Assembly: GCA_034669905.1 (NCBI GenBank)
Contig: JAXMOL010000001.1
Location: 96,001-160,000 of the forward strand
DNA length: 64,000 nt
Origin: Candidatus Hydrogenedentota bacterium
Lineage (GTDB): Bacteria; Hydrogenedentota; Hydrogenedentia; Hydrogenedentales; JAEUWI01
Direction of reading: 5' to 3'
Shown here one piece after another: positions 11,349-20,964 of this stretch (the stretch's first letter is position 1; every line of letters begins with the position of its first letter). The notes under the pieces were generated by a model. It made no database searches. It was not told where the DNA came from and was given only the letters and a program-made list of their open reading frames with translations. Made by a program: the position numbers and the translations under genes.

Positions 11349-14300
11349 TCAGGGAATCGTGGTGGGGTCACTCGGATCAAAACACGTCAGGTTGCCCCGA
11401 ATGGTCGCTTCCGGGTCCGCGCTGCTGATTTCCACGTAGACCCCTTCCGAATCGAGTAGTAATGCGGCATCCTCTGGACCGAAGCCCACCCGAATCGGGC
11501 TGGTCGCCGTACCCAGGTCAATTTCCACATCGCCGGTCTCGCCCGGTGCACCCAGATGGAGGGTGGCCGACAGGGCATCGGGCACGTCATGGACGATGTG
11601 AATCCGTACGCCATCCTCCTCGGTTCCGTCAAAGACGGTGAAGAGTCCCAGACCACGAAAGTCGTTGTTCGTAGGTGGCACGACGTCCCCGCCACTGAGG
11701 AAGGAGTCACACACGATGGGCGCGGGCTCGTTGGGGCTGAAGCAATTGAACTGGCCCCGAATTTCCCCATCGACATGGGGGATGCTTGAAATCTGGACAT
11801 AGAGGCCAAAACCCCGATTCTCGCCCAGTAAGGCCAACTCTTCGCGGGTCAACATAACCTCAATGGGGCTTTCCGGGTTGCCCAAATCGACCAGAATCTC
11901 CCCGTCTACACCGGGGAATCCGACGAGAATCGCAGCGTCCAGGGCATCTTCGATGGTGTGTTCCAGATACAGGAAAGCACTCAGCCCCGTCCCATCAGCA
12001 TCACGAAGAATATCCAGATAGGCAAAACCTTCGGCATCGGTCTCGACGGGTTCAAAGAACTGGGTGCCATCGAGGTAGGTATCGCAGCCCAACACCAGGT
12101 CACCGATACCGATACCGAGAATCGTTTCCAACTCCACCAGGTCCACTTCACCGTCCCCGTTCAGGTCCAGTAAGTCGAACTCCTCGCCGAGCAACATGGC
12201 GATGGCTTCCTGGGCTTCTTCCAGGCTGAGGCTTCCGCTCATGTCGGTATCGAGGTCCTCAAAGTCGGGATAGAGGGCGTCTGCGATGGCGCCCACGCGT
12301 GGCGTTCCCGACCCGGGCACACCCCGACCGGCGCAGTCCAACTGTCCCCGAATTTCCCCACCGGGGAAGCTGGCACTGTGAATGTTGACGTAGAAATCCA
12401 TGCCGTTCGAGCCATCAAAGAGGATATCCAGGTCTTCTGGCGTGAGGTCAATCTCGATGGGACTGGTGGGATCCCCCAGATTAATCACGACCGGACCATT
12501 CTCTTCGGGGCCACCCGTGTGGATGTGGGCCGCCGAAACATCGGCCACCGAGTGTTCAACGAATAGTTTGGCATGGACGACCCCCGTGAACTGGTTTTCG
12601 AAGACATCCAAATAGGCAAAACCCGTGGCTTCACTCTCGTTGGGCGGGTTCGCCTGGTCGCCACTCAGCGCCGTGCCGCAGGAACTCACCAGCACTTCAT
12701 CGAAGAAGAAGCAATCCAGCTGACCACGGATCTCACCATCCGGGAAGGACGGGCTGTGAATGTTGAAGTACGCTCCCCCTTCCAGCGCGGCGAGGAGTTC
12801 TTCCAGGTCGTCCCCATCAACTTCCACCTCAATGGGGCTGGTCGCATCACCGAGATCGAAGATAACGTCGCCGTTATCATCCGGTCCTCCCCCGTGGATA
12901 TGGGCCGCCGTGGCACCGGACACACTGTGCTCGATGAAGATTTCCGCCTTCAGCGCGCCGGTGAGGGGGTTGCTGACAATGTTGAAGAAGGCACTACCCC
13001 GCGCGCTGCTCGCGTTGGGCGGCAGCTCCCGGGCACCGGCGAGGTCGCTGGAGCAGCCGCCAATGAAGACTTCCTGCTCGAAGTTCAGGGCAGCGATGAG
13101 CTCGTCCTCATCCAACACCCCATCCCCGTTGGTATCGAGTTCATGGAAGACATCTTCGGTGAACCCGGGGTCAAACTCCTGAATCTCGGCAAGACTCAGT
13201 CCGCCGTCTTCATCCAGATCCAGGGAGACGAACAACTCGAGCAAGTCACTGGCCAGCTCTTCGAAATCGCCCTCGGGATGCTCCACTTCAATGCATTCGA
13301 GCTGACCACGAATTTCCCCGCTCGGGAAGGCCGTGCTGTGCACGTTCACATAGATGCCTGTTTCCAGGGCACCGAAGAGGGCCTCAATCTTGGCCTCATC
13401 CAGTTCCACCTCGATGGGACTCGTGGGGTCACCGAGCTCGAACAACACGGAGCCCGATTGACCGGGCCCCCCGGTGTACACGAAGGCGGCGGTCGGATTA
13501 TCCACATCGTGCTCGATAAGGATGCGGCCCGTGCGGGCACCGACGAGCGCGGAATAGCGCACTTCCAGGCGCCCATCGCCCTTCGCCGTGCTGCTATTCT
13601 GCGGCACAATGTTTGCCCCTTTCAGGTCGAAGTCACACTCCGTCAGGAGGATGTCGTCGTCGAAAAGGAAGCAATCCAACTGCCCGCGAATCTCCCCGTC
13701 AGGGAATTCGGGGCTGTGAATATTGACATAGACACCCGAGGGCTTGGCCTCGAGGAAGGCCCGCAACTGTTCGCCGCGCAAGACCACTTCAATCGGCGAT
13801 GAAGCGTCGCCCAAGTCCACCACGACGTCACCGTTTTCTTCGTCACTGCCGATATGGAGGTGGGCACCCGTCGCGTTCTCGACGTTGTGTTCAATATAGA
13901 CCCGGGCACGCTGCTCCCCACTGAAGGCATCGGAGAGCAGGTCGATGAAGCCCCACCCATCGCGATCGCTGTCATTGGCGGGAATCTCCTGATCGCCAGA
14001 GAGGAAGACCTCACAACCACCCAGGTAGATATCCGTTTCGATCCCCAGGGCCAGTAAGAGCTCACGCTCTGTCAGGCCACCATCCGCCTCGTCGTCGAGG
14101 GCGTTAAAGATGGCCGCTGTAATGGGGCTGTCCGCCAACTCATCCAGGCTCAACGCCCCGTTGCCATCGGTGTCCAGTTCTTCGAAGCGGTCCAACAGAG
14201 TACCGGCAATCCGGCCGAGGTCCCGTTCGTCGCCCTCTTCACCTTCCTCTCCCCCATCATCACCGTCTCCCGCAGGACATCGGAAGGCGCCACGAATTTC

Positions 14301-17300
14301 ACCGTTCGGATGGCTGGTGCTGTGCACGTCGACGTAGACGCCACCCAATCGGGCCTCTTCGAAGCGTTCGAGTTGCTCCTCGTCAAAACGCATTTCGATG
14401 GGCTCGCCGTCGGCACCGACCTCCAGCTCGAAAAGAATTTCGCCGTTGGTGCGGGGTTTACCCCGGTGGATGTGGATGGCGGTCACGTTGTCTACGTCAT
14501 GTTCCAGGAACAAATGACCCGTGGTTTCACCGGTCAACTCGTTGAAGAGTACGTCGAAATAGCCATTGCCGAAGGCACCACTGTCGGTCGCCGGGCTCAC
14601 CTGTTGACCATCCAACTGCACGTGGCACGAATCCACCACGAACTCGTTGAAGAGATAGCAGAAGAGATCGCCGCGAATTTCACCCATGGGGAAGTCGGGG
14701 CTGTGGATATTGAAGTAGATTCCTGTTTCCTGATGGCTCAGCAGGGCTTCTACCTGTTCCTCATCCAGCGCCACTTCAATCGGGCTCGTGGGTGCACCGA
14801 GGTCCACCAAGACGTCGCCATTTACCCCGGGTGCGCCGGCATGAATGTGGGCGGCCGTGGCATTGCGCAGGTCGTGCTCGATGAAGACCTTGCCCGACAC
14901 CTCGCCCGTGAAGGGGTCCACGAAGATATCGACGAGACCAAAGCCCCGCTTGCGACTGCCATTGGGCGGCACTTCCTGGCCACCACCCAACTGGGTATCG
15001 CAGCCACCGAGGAAGACATTGTCGTCGATTCCGATAATGGTGCGCAGTTCATCTTCGGTGATGACGCCGTCTTCATTCAGATCCAGTTCGGCGAAGAGTT
15101 CGGCATCCACGTCGGTGAATTCCAACTCGTCCAGGTCCAGACCACCGTCTTCATTTTCGTCGAGGAAGAAGAAGTCTCCAAAGAGCCGGTTGGCCAGCTC
15201 TTCCAGCTCTTCACCGGGACGCCCGGCACACAAGAGGGCACCGCGAATCTCGCCATCCGGGAAGTCGGTGCTGGCCACCACCACGTAGAGTCCCTTTTCG
15301 CCGTTGCGGAACAGGGAGTCGACCTGCGTGGCGCTCAACTCCACCTCAACGGGTGAGGTGGCATCACCGAGGTCAATCAGCACGTCACCCTCTTCACCGG
15401 GCATTCCGATGTGGAGCGTCACGCCCGTGGCATTGTCTACCTCATGCTCCAGGCGGAATTTCCCGCCCAACGCACCACTCTGGCCACTCAAGGACACCTC
15501 AATGGTGGCGAAGCCGGTGGCCTCAGAGCCGCTGGGCTCGGTGAGTTGGTCCCCATCCAGGGGGATATCGCAGACGTCGAGAATGGCTTCATCGATGAAG
15601 TCGCATTCCAACGGGCCACGAATCTCTCCATCGGGAAAGGCGTCACTGTGGATGTTTACATACAGGGAAGTTTCACTGTTCAGGATGAGGTTGGCGAGTT
15701 GGGCATTCAGCTCGACCTCAATGGGACTGGCCGCATCGCCCAGTCCAATGAGCACATCGCCATTTTCACCCGGACCGCCGATATGGATATGGGCACCCGT
15801 CGGATTATCGACATCGTGCTCAATATAGACCATGCCCCGTTTGCGATTGGTCAGCGTGTTCTCGAAGATGGCCACGTAGCCTTCACCAACGGCTTCGCTG
15901 TTATTGGACGGCACTTCATTTTCGCCGGTCAATTCGACTTCGCATTTACTTAGTTCAATCTCCGGGTCAAAGCCCAGGGCCTGGAGCAGTTCGGCCTGGG
16001 TCAATTCCGTGTCTTCTTCGATGTTCAGGGCATCAAAGGCTTCCTGCGTCGCGTCGGGGAAGCGGGCCTGAATCTCCATGAGACTGAGGCCACCGCTGCC
16101 GTCCGTATCGAGGCGCATGAAGGAATCCAGGAGATCGTCCGCCAGGTCGGCCGGATCGGTTTCCGGTGTTTCATCGAGACGACAGCGGATGGGACCGCGA
16201 ATCTCGCCATTGGGGAAGCGTTCGCTGTGCACATTCACATAGAAGGGACCCGTGGAAGGATCCAGATAGAATCCCAACGCTTCTTCCGTGAGGCGTACGC
16301 GAATGGGGCTCTTCCCATCACCGAGCGCCAAAACGACAGGTCCGTTTTCCTGCGGCGTACCCTGGTGGATGTGCGCCGCCGTGGGATTTTCCACATCGTG
16401 GAAAATCGTGAGTTCACCGGAGAGACTGCCGGTCAACTCGTTCTTAATGATTTCAATGCGGCCTTCACCAAAAGCAGGACTGTTGTTGGCCGGCTTTTCG
16501 TTGCGTCCGGTCAGTTCCAATTCGCATACATCTAAGACAAACTCATCGAAGAAGAAGCAATCCAACGCACCGCGAATTTCTCCGGCGGGGAAACTATCGC
16601 TGGCCACTTGAAGGTAGAGTCCCTCTTCCAGCGCATCCAAGAGCCGGTCCACGTCCTCTTCTTCCAATTCGAATTTCATCTCGATGGGACTTTGCCCATC
16701 GCCCAGATCGAAGATAACTTCGTCCGTGGCGGCCGCGCGCAGCGTGGCACCCGTGGCGCCCTGAACGCGGTGATCGATATAGATCTTCGCTACCGTCTCA
16801 TCGGTAAACAGGTTGCTAAACAAATCCACCACGCCCCGACCTGTGGCCGTGCTGATGGTGGGCGGATCGACTTGATCGCCGGTCAGTAAGACGTCACATC
16901 CGCCGAGGAATACCAGGGGGTCAAAGCCCTGGGACAACTCAATCTCTTCACCATCGATTTCGCCATCCCCGTTCATGTCGATGGCGTCAAAGAATTCTTC
17001 CTGGAAATCTTCGAGTTCGGCCAGAATCTCTTCCAGCGTCAATACGCCATCTTCATTCGCATCCAACAGGAGAAACAATTCCGCCAGGGTTTCGGCGGCC
17101 GCTTCCACGCCTTCGGAACCCGTTTCGGCGGGATTGAACGAGCCACCGATCAGCCCATCCGGCGCGGCTTCCGTGGTAATGATAATATCCGCGCCCAGCT
17201 CGTAGCGCGCAAAGAATTGGTCCAGCGCATCATCATCGAGTGTCACTTCCAGGGGGCTGGTGCCGTCGCCCAGATCGATACGATCGCCTGCTTCCGAGCC

Positions 17301-18494
17301 ATCACCCAGGAGCAGGAAGGCCCCCGTCGGTGCGCCCATATCGTGCCGCGCCGTCAGCACGCCTCGGACCCGACCGGTTAACTCGTTGAGCAGTATTTCC
17401 AGACGGGCCTCACCGGTGTCTCCACTCCCGGAGGGGGGCTCCACGCCGTCGCCGTCCAGTTCGGCTTCAAAGACTTCGATTAACAGTGCGCCAAACAGTT
17501 CGCATTCCAGCTGACCACGAATCTCGCCGTCCGGTGCTGCTTCCGTCTGTATTTCGGCGTAGATGCCGCCTTCGGCGTTCTCCAGCAACAACGCGAGCAC
17601 CGCGTCGGTCAGATCGACTTCAATGGGACTCGTCGCCTTACCGAGATTGATCAGGATATCCCCCACTTCACCGGGGGCACCGGCACGCAAATAGGCCGCT
17701 GACGGACTCTCCACATCGTGGCGGAGGAAAAGCTTGCCCCGTTTTTTCCCATTGACCGGGTCAACGAGCACCTCGATTTCGCCTTCACCGATAGCCGCGC
17801 TACCGCTATCCGGAACGACCTGATCCCCGGTCAGCGTGATGAAACAACTTCCCAGGAAGACCTCACGGTCGAGTCCCAGCTGGTTGAGGAGTTCTTCCTG
17901 CGAAATGATACCGTCCCCATTGGTATCCAGCATGTCGAAGAATTCATCGGAGAAATCGACAACCCGCTCCATGGCTTCCTCGCGGGATATACCGTCGTTG
18001 AAGTCGGCGTCGGCCTCGTCGAAGTCGCCCAGCAGGGATTGGGAGAGGGAGCGCAGCGTTACTTCGCCTTCGCCTTCGCCTTCGCCTTCGCCTTCGCCTT
18101 CGCCTTCGCCTTCGCCTTCGCCTTCACCTTCACCTTCACCTTCACCTTCGCCTTCACCTTCGCCCTCACCTTCGCCTTCGCCTTCACCTTCACCTTCACC
18201 TTCACCTTCGCCTTCACCACCCACGCCCGCGGCCGCATCCAACTCGGCGGAGGATAGTAGGCCATCGTTGTTGGAATCGATAGCATTAAACTGCGCTTCC
18301 GTCAGGGCACTATTGGCGGCCTGGGCCTCCTGAAACGACAATTGGCCGTCACTGTTGGTGTCGGCCGAAGTAAGTTGGTTGCGCAGGTCAGAGGCGACCT
18401 CTTGCAGGGTTGCCGCAGGGGGTTCGCAGCCCGAAAAGACCAGCACGCAGGCGAGTCCCAGGAAAAGTACCTTGGTCAGGAAATGCAGTTTCAT
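11349..18494 (-). CDS. Giant lipoprotein with 14 CHRD domains and 8 EF-hand pairs
   Basis: GGAGG RBS; lipobox VFSGC; repeated AAHIH...YVNIHS..FP.GEIRGQL (CHRD) and DxDxDGxxxxxE (EF-hand) motifs; very acidic. Confidence 0.85.
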   Translation of the reverse strand: MKLHFLTKVLFLGLACVLVFSGCEPPAATLQEVASDLRNQLTSADTNSDGQLSFQEAQAANSALTEAQFNAIDSNNDGLLSSAELDAAAGVGGEGEGEGEGEGEGEGEGEGEGEGEGEGEGEGEGEGEGEGEGEGEGEGEGEGEVTLRSLSQSLLGDFDEADADFNDGISREEAMERVVDFSDEFFDMLDTNGDGIISQEELLNQLGLDREVFLGSCFITLTGDQVVPDSGSAAIGEGEIEVLVDPVNGKKRGKLFLRHDVESPSAAYLRAGAPGEVGDILINLGKATSPIEVDLTDAVLALLLENAEGGIYAEIQTEAAPDGEIRGQLECELFGALLIEVFEAELDGDGVEPPSGSGDTGEARLEILLNELTGRVRGVLTARHDMGAPTGAFLLLGDGSEAGDRIDLGDGTSPLEVTLDDDALDQFFARYELGADIIITTEAAPDGLIGGSFNPAETGSEGVEAAAETLAELFLLLDANEDGVLTLEEILAELEDFQEEFFDAIDMNGDGEIDGEEIELSQGFDPLVFLGGCDVLLTGDQVDPPTISTATGRGVVDLFSNLFTDETVAKIYIDHRVQGATGATLRAAATDEVIFDLGDGQSPIEMKFELEEEDVDRLLDALEEGLYLQVASDSFPAGEIRGALDCFFFDEFVLDVCELELTGRNEKPANNSPAFGEGRIEIIKNELTGSLSGELTIFHDVENPTAAHIHQGTPQENGPVVLALGDGKSPIRVRLTEEALGFYLDPSTGPFYVNVHSERFPNGEIRGPIRCRLDETPETDPADLADDLLDSFMRLDTDGSGGLSLMEIQARFPDATQEAFDALNIEEDTELTQAELLQALGFDPEIELSKCEVELTGENEVPSNNSEAVGEGYVAIFENTLTNRKRGMVYIEHDVDNPTGAHIHIGGPGENGDVLIGLGDAASPIEVELNAQLANLILNSETSLYVNIHSDAFPDGEIRGPLECDFIDEAILDVCDIPLDGDQLTEPSGSEATGFATIEVSLSGQSGALGGKFRLEHEVDNATGVTLHIGMPGEEGDVLIDLGDATSPVEVELSATQVDSLFRNGEKGLYVVVASTDFPDGEIRGALLCAGRPGEELEELANRLFGDFFFLDENEDGGLDLDELEFTDVDAELFAELDLNEDGVITEDELRTIIGIDDNVFLGGCDTQLGGGQEVPPNGSRKRGFGLVDIFVDPFTGEVSGKVFIEHDLRNATAAHIHAGAPGVNGDVLVDLGAPTSPIEVALDEEQVEALLSHQETGIYFNIHSPDFPMGEIRGDLFCYLFNEFVVDSCHVQLDGQQVSPATDSGAFGNGYFDVLFNELTGETTGHLFLEHDVDNVTAIHIHRGKPRTNGEILFELEVGADGEPIEMRFDEEQLERFEEARLGGVYVDVHSTSHPNGEIRGAFRCPAGDGDDGGEEGEEGDERDLGRIAGTLLDRFEELDTDGNGALSLDELADSPITAAIFNALDDEADGGLTERELLLALGIETDIYLGGCEVFLSGDQEIPANDSDRDGWGFIDLLSDAFSGEQRARVYIEHNVENATGAHLHIGSDEENGDVVVDLGDASSPIEVVLRGEQLRAFLEAKPSGVYVNIHSPEFPDGEIRGQLDCFLFDDDILLTECDFDLKGANIVPQNSSTAKGDGRLEVRYSALVGARTGRILIEHDVDNPTAAFVYTGGPGQSGSVLFELGDPTSPIEVELDEAKIEALFGALETGIYVNVHSTAFPSGEIRGQLECIEVEHPEGDFEELASDLLELFVSLDLDEDGGLSLAEIQEFDPGFTEDVFHELDTNGDGVLDEDELIAALNFEQEVFIGGCSSDLAGARELPPNASSARGSAFFNIVSNPLTGALKAEIFIEHSVSGATAAHIHGGGPDDNGDVIFDLGDATSPIEVEVDGDDLEELLAALEGGAYFNIHSPSFPDGEIRGQLDCFFFDEVLVSSCGTALSGDQANPPNESEATGFAYLDVFENQFTGVVHAKLFVEHSVADVSAAHIHTGGPEENGPVVINLGDPTSPIEIDLTPEDLDILFDGSNGMDFYVNIHSASFPGGEIRGQLDCAGRGVPGSGTPRVGAIADALYPDFEDLDTDMSGSLSLEEAQEAIAMLLGEEFDLLDLNGDGEVDLVELETILGIGIGDLVLGCDTYLDGTQFFEPVETDAEGFAYLDILRDADGTGLSAFLYLEHTIEDALDAAILVGFPGVDGEILVDLGNPESPIEVMLTREELALLGENRGFGLYVQISSIPHVDGEIRGQFNCFSPNEPAPIVCDSFLSGGDVVPPTNNDFRGLGLFTVFDGTEEDGVRIHIVHDVPDALSATLHLGAPGETGDVEIDLGTATSPIRVGFGPEDAALLLDSEGVYVEISSADPEATIRGNLTCFDPSDPTTIP
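18062..18218 (-). repeat. 6-bp tandem repeat encoding an (EG)n linker
   Basis: (CCTTCG/CCTTCA)n on the plus strand, about 26 units. Confidence 0.95.
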
Positions 18495-18724
18495 TGTCGA
18501 TCCTCCCACGCCGAGTCCCATAAGTGACGTGTTTTGGCCATCAGGCCGTTTACAGTCTCACTCAATCTCCGGAATCACGCCCGTATACCCCACGCCCCAC
18601 GTGAGATATACCGTACAATACTGCACGCTGTTTCCAAATTAACCGATAGGAGCAATTCTGTCAAGAGTTTTCTAGAGTAAGGAAGAAGGGCCACGGGGAT
18701 ACGGCGTGTCCGGGCTCGGAAGCC

Positions 18725-19594
18725 CTATTGGAGGTAGGAGGGACCGCCCAGATTGTGCATCTGGCCAAGCACCCAGGCCTGGCGCTCACGCAGGTACTCG
18801 GTCGGTTCGAGTGGGGAGCGGGCCCGCGGTGCCGGGAGGACGGTGACGAGCAGGGCGCTCTCTTCGCGGGTCAGTTCTATCGCGGTCTTGCCGAAATAGT
18901 GGCGTGCCGCCGACTCGACCCCATAGATACCGGGACCGAATTCGGCCACGTTGACATACATTTCCAGGATGCGTCGCTTGGGCCAGCAGACCTCGATAGC
19001 CACGGTGAAGTAGACCTCCAGGCCTTTTCGTATCCACGAGCGATTGGGCCAGAGAAAGAGGTTTTTGGCCACCTGTTGGCTGATAGTGCTCCCACCCCGG
19101 AGGTTACCGCCATCGAGATGGGTCTCAATGGCCGCCTGGATCTGTTTTACGTCGAAGCCACGGTGCTCAAAAAAGAGTTGGTCTTCCGCCGCCACCACAG
19201 CCAGCAGGAATTCGGGGGAAATCTCGTCGTAACTGCGCCAGCGGTTGCGGATATCTTCTTCTTCCTGGAAGTGGCGCAGGAGCATGAGGGGCGTCGCGGG
19301 CGGATTCACAAAGAGATAGGCAAGCACCCAGCAGCCCGTAATGGTCACGAAGATAAGTCCGAAGACAAATCCGGCCTTGAGTCCAAACACGAGTGCGCGC
19401 TTGCCGCCCAGGGAAGGCATGGACCGGCGCGGCCCCGACGAAAGGGGTGCGGAATCCCCTTTTTTTCCGGTAGCAGGGGCCTTTTTGGCGGTGCTGGCCT
19501 TTTTCTTGGCAGACGCCTTCTTTTTCGCAGCAGGCTTCTTCGCCGTGGCTTTCCGCTTGGCACGGGGTTTCTTTTCCGCCGCCTCGGGGCTCAT
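18725..19594 (-). CDS. mtgA: Monofunctional peptidoglycan transglycosylase with Lys/Ala-rich N-terminal extension
   Basis: AVVAAEDQLFFEHRGFD, RGGSTISQQVAKNLFLW, RKGLE, KRRILEMYVNVAEFG; likely start MSPEAAEKK. Confidence 0.92.
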   Translation of the reverse strand: MSPEAAEKKPRAKRKATAKKPAAKKKASAKKKASTAKKAPATGKKGDSAPLSSGPRRSMPSLGGKRALVFGLKAGFVFGLIFVTITGCWVLAYLFVNPPATPLMLLRHFQEEEDIRNRWRSYDEISPEFLLAVVAAEDQLFFEHRGFDVKQIQAAIETHLDGGNLRGGSTISQQVAKNLFLWPNRSWIRKGLEVYFTVAIEVCWPKRRILEMYVNVAEFGPGIYGVESAARHYFGKTAIELTREESALLVTVLPAPRARSPLEPTEYLRERQAWVLGQMHNLGGPSYLQ

Positions 19595-19613
19595 CGTCTG
19601 GATCCCTTGCGGC

Positions 19614-20108
19614 CTACCATTGGTAATTCCACTGGACGGGCCAGTTCTTGCAGTCGGCCGTGCCGTAGAAACGACCGGTATTGGAATCGAGAATCGTGAC
19701 GTGACGCCGGCCGGGCTTTTCCTGGTAGGTGGCCCAGAAGCCCGTACCGGGCTCGAGACGTCCGGAGTGGAAGCGCTTGGACTTGGACTGGAACCACTTG
19801 AGCATTTCCTGGGCCCGCACGACCCGCCCGGCACCACAGGTGCAGCGCTCGGTAATCAATTCGGAATCGAGTAATTCGGTATAGCCCGCGCGAATGAAGG
19901 CGTCGGAGAGGAAGTGGGCGCAATTGTTCGATTCCCGGTCGCCGCCGACGCAGGTCTGGGTGTAGGCCATGGCCACTTCTTTGAGGGTGGGCTCGAAATT
20001 GGCTTGGGCACCACGAAGGTCCCGGTCATGATGGCGCCTGGCGCAACCCGGTACTATTGTCATCACCAGGGCGAGCAAAAGGGGGAAAATAAACGTGCGG
20101 TTAAACAC
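19614..20108 (-). CDS. Small lipoprotein, putative papain-like (Tae4/NlpC-P60-type) amidase
   Basis: Lipobox IVPGC; NNCAHFLSDAF and a later RHVTI His. Confidence 0.5.
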   Translation of the reverse strand: MFNRTFIFPLLLALVMTIVPGCARRHHDRDLRGAQANFEPTLKEVAMAYTQTCVGGDRESNNCAHFLSDAFIRAGYTELLDSELITERCTCGAGRVVRAQEMLKWFQSKSKRFHSGRLEPGTGFWATYQEKPGRRHVTILDSNTGRFYGTADCKNWPVQWNYQW

Positions 20109-20280
20109 CGGAGGCCTTCCTGCTTTTAATACGGAGAATACTTACTTTCGACAAGCAATTATAGCAGAAAGCGGGGCGATACGTCTAAATATTGTATCTG
20201 TGAGCCCTGATAGATACAACCCCTAGACACGGAGGGCTTGGGGTGGCGCGCTTGGTGCTGACCACGGAATGGGCGCGGTG

Positions 20281-20964
20281 TTGAACCACGAATGGACACG
20301 AATTAACACGAATAAGGGATTTCGGGGCCACCCCGCTGGGAAATGCTGATTTTCGCAGACGAATGGATTAATTGAGTCGGTTGAATCGGTGATTACGTCG
20401 GCCGGAATCGCGTCGCGGAAATTTTTTTCCCGTGAATTTCCGTGCTTTCCGTGGTCAACTTACAAAACGATTTCTACCACGGAATGCACAGAAGGGCACG
20501 GAAAAACTTTCTCTTCGAACACGTGCAAGAGCCCGTTACGATCACATATACATCCCAAAACTATTCGTGTTGATTCGTGTCCATTCGTGGTTCAACCTCC
20601 CCTTTTTTCCGCGTGGTCAGTGGGCTGCCTCTGCTTCTGGCGCCGCCTCCCCGCGGGGAAAGGCTTATTCTCGTGGAGGAATGGATTAATTGAGTCGGTT
20701 GAATCGGTGATTACGTCGACCTGCATCGCGTCGCCGGAATTGTTACCTTCCGTGTATTTCGGTGGATTCCGTGGTCAATTTATAAAAACGTTTCTACCAC
20801 GGAATACACGGAAGGGCACGGAAAAACCACGGTGGAAACGGTTACCCACCTCACCATGAATTGACTCACGTATCCATTCCAAAACTATTCGTGTTGATTC
20901 GTGTCCATTCGTGGTTCAACTTCCCCTTTTTTCTGCGTGGTCAGTGGGCGGCTTCTGCTTCTGC
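20281..20964. repeat. Intergenic array of nested decamer palindromes with a ~320-bp diverged tandem duplication
   Basis: Units start at 20361 and 20679 (GAATGGATTAATTGAGTCGGTTGAATCGGTGATTACGTCG); (CACGAAT)x3 at ~20285 inverted at ~20563 and ~20887. Confidence 0.9.

Noticed and set aside
20281..20964. Possible CRISPR array or the short ORFs 20389-20859 and 20432-20689
   Set aside because: Repeats are nested and inverted, not repeat-spacer; the ORFs are translations of the repeat with no protein-like features
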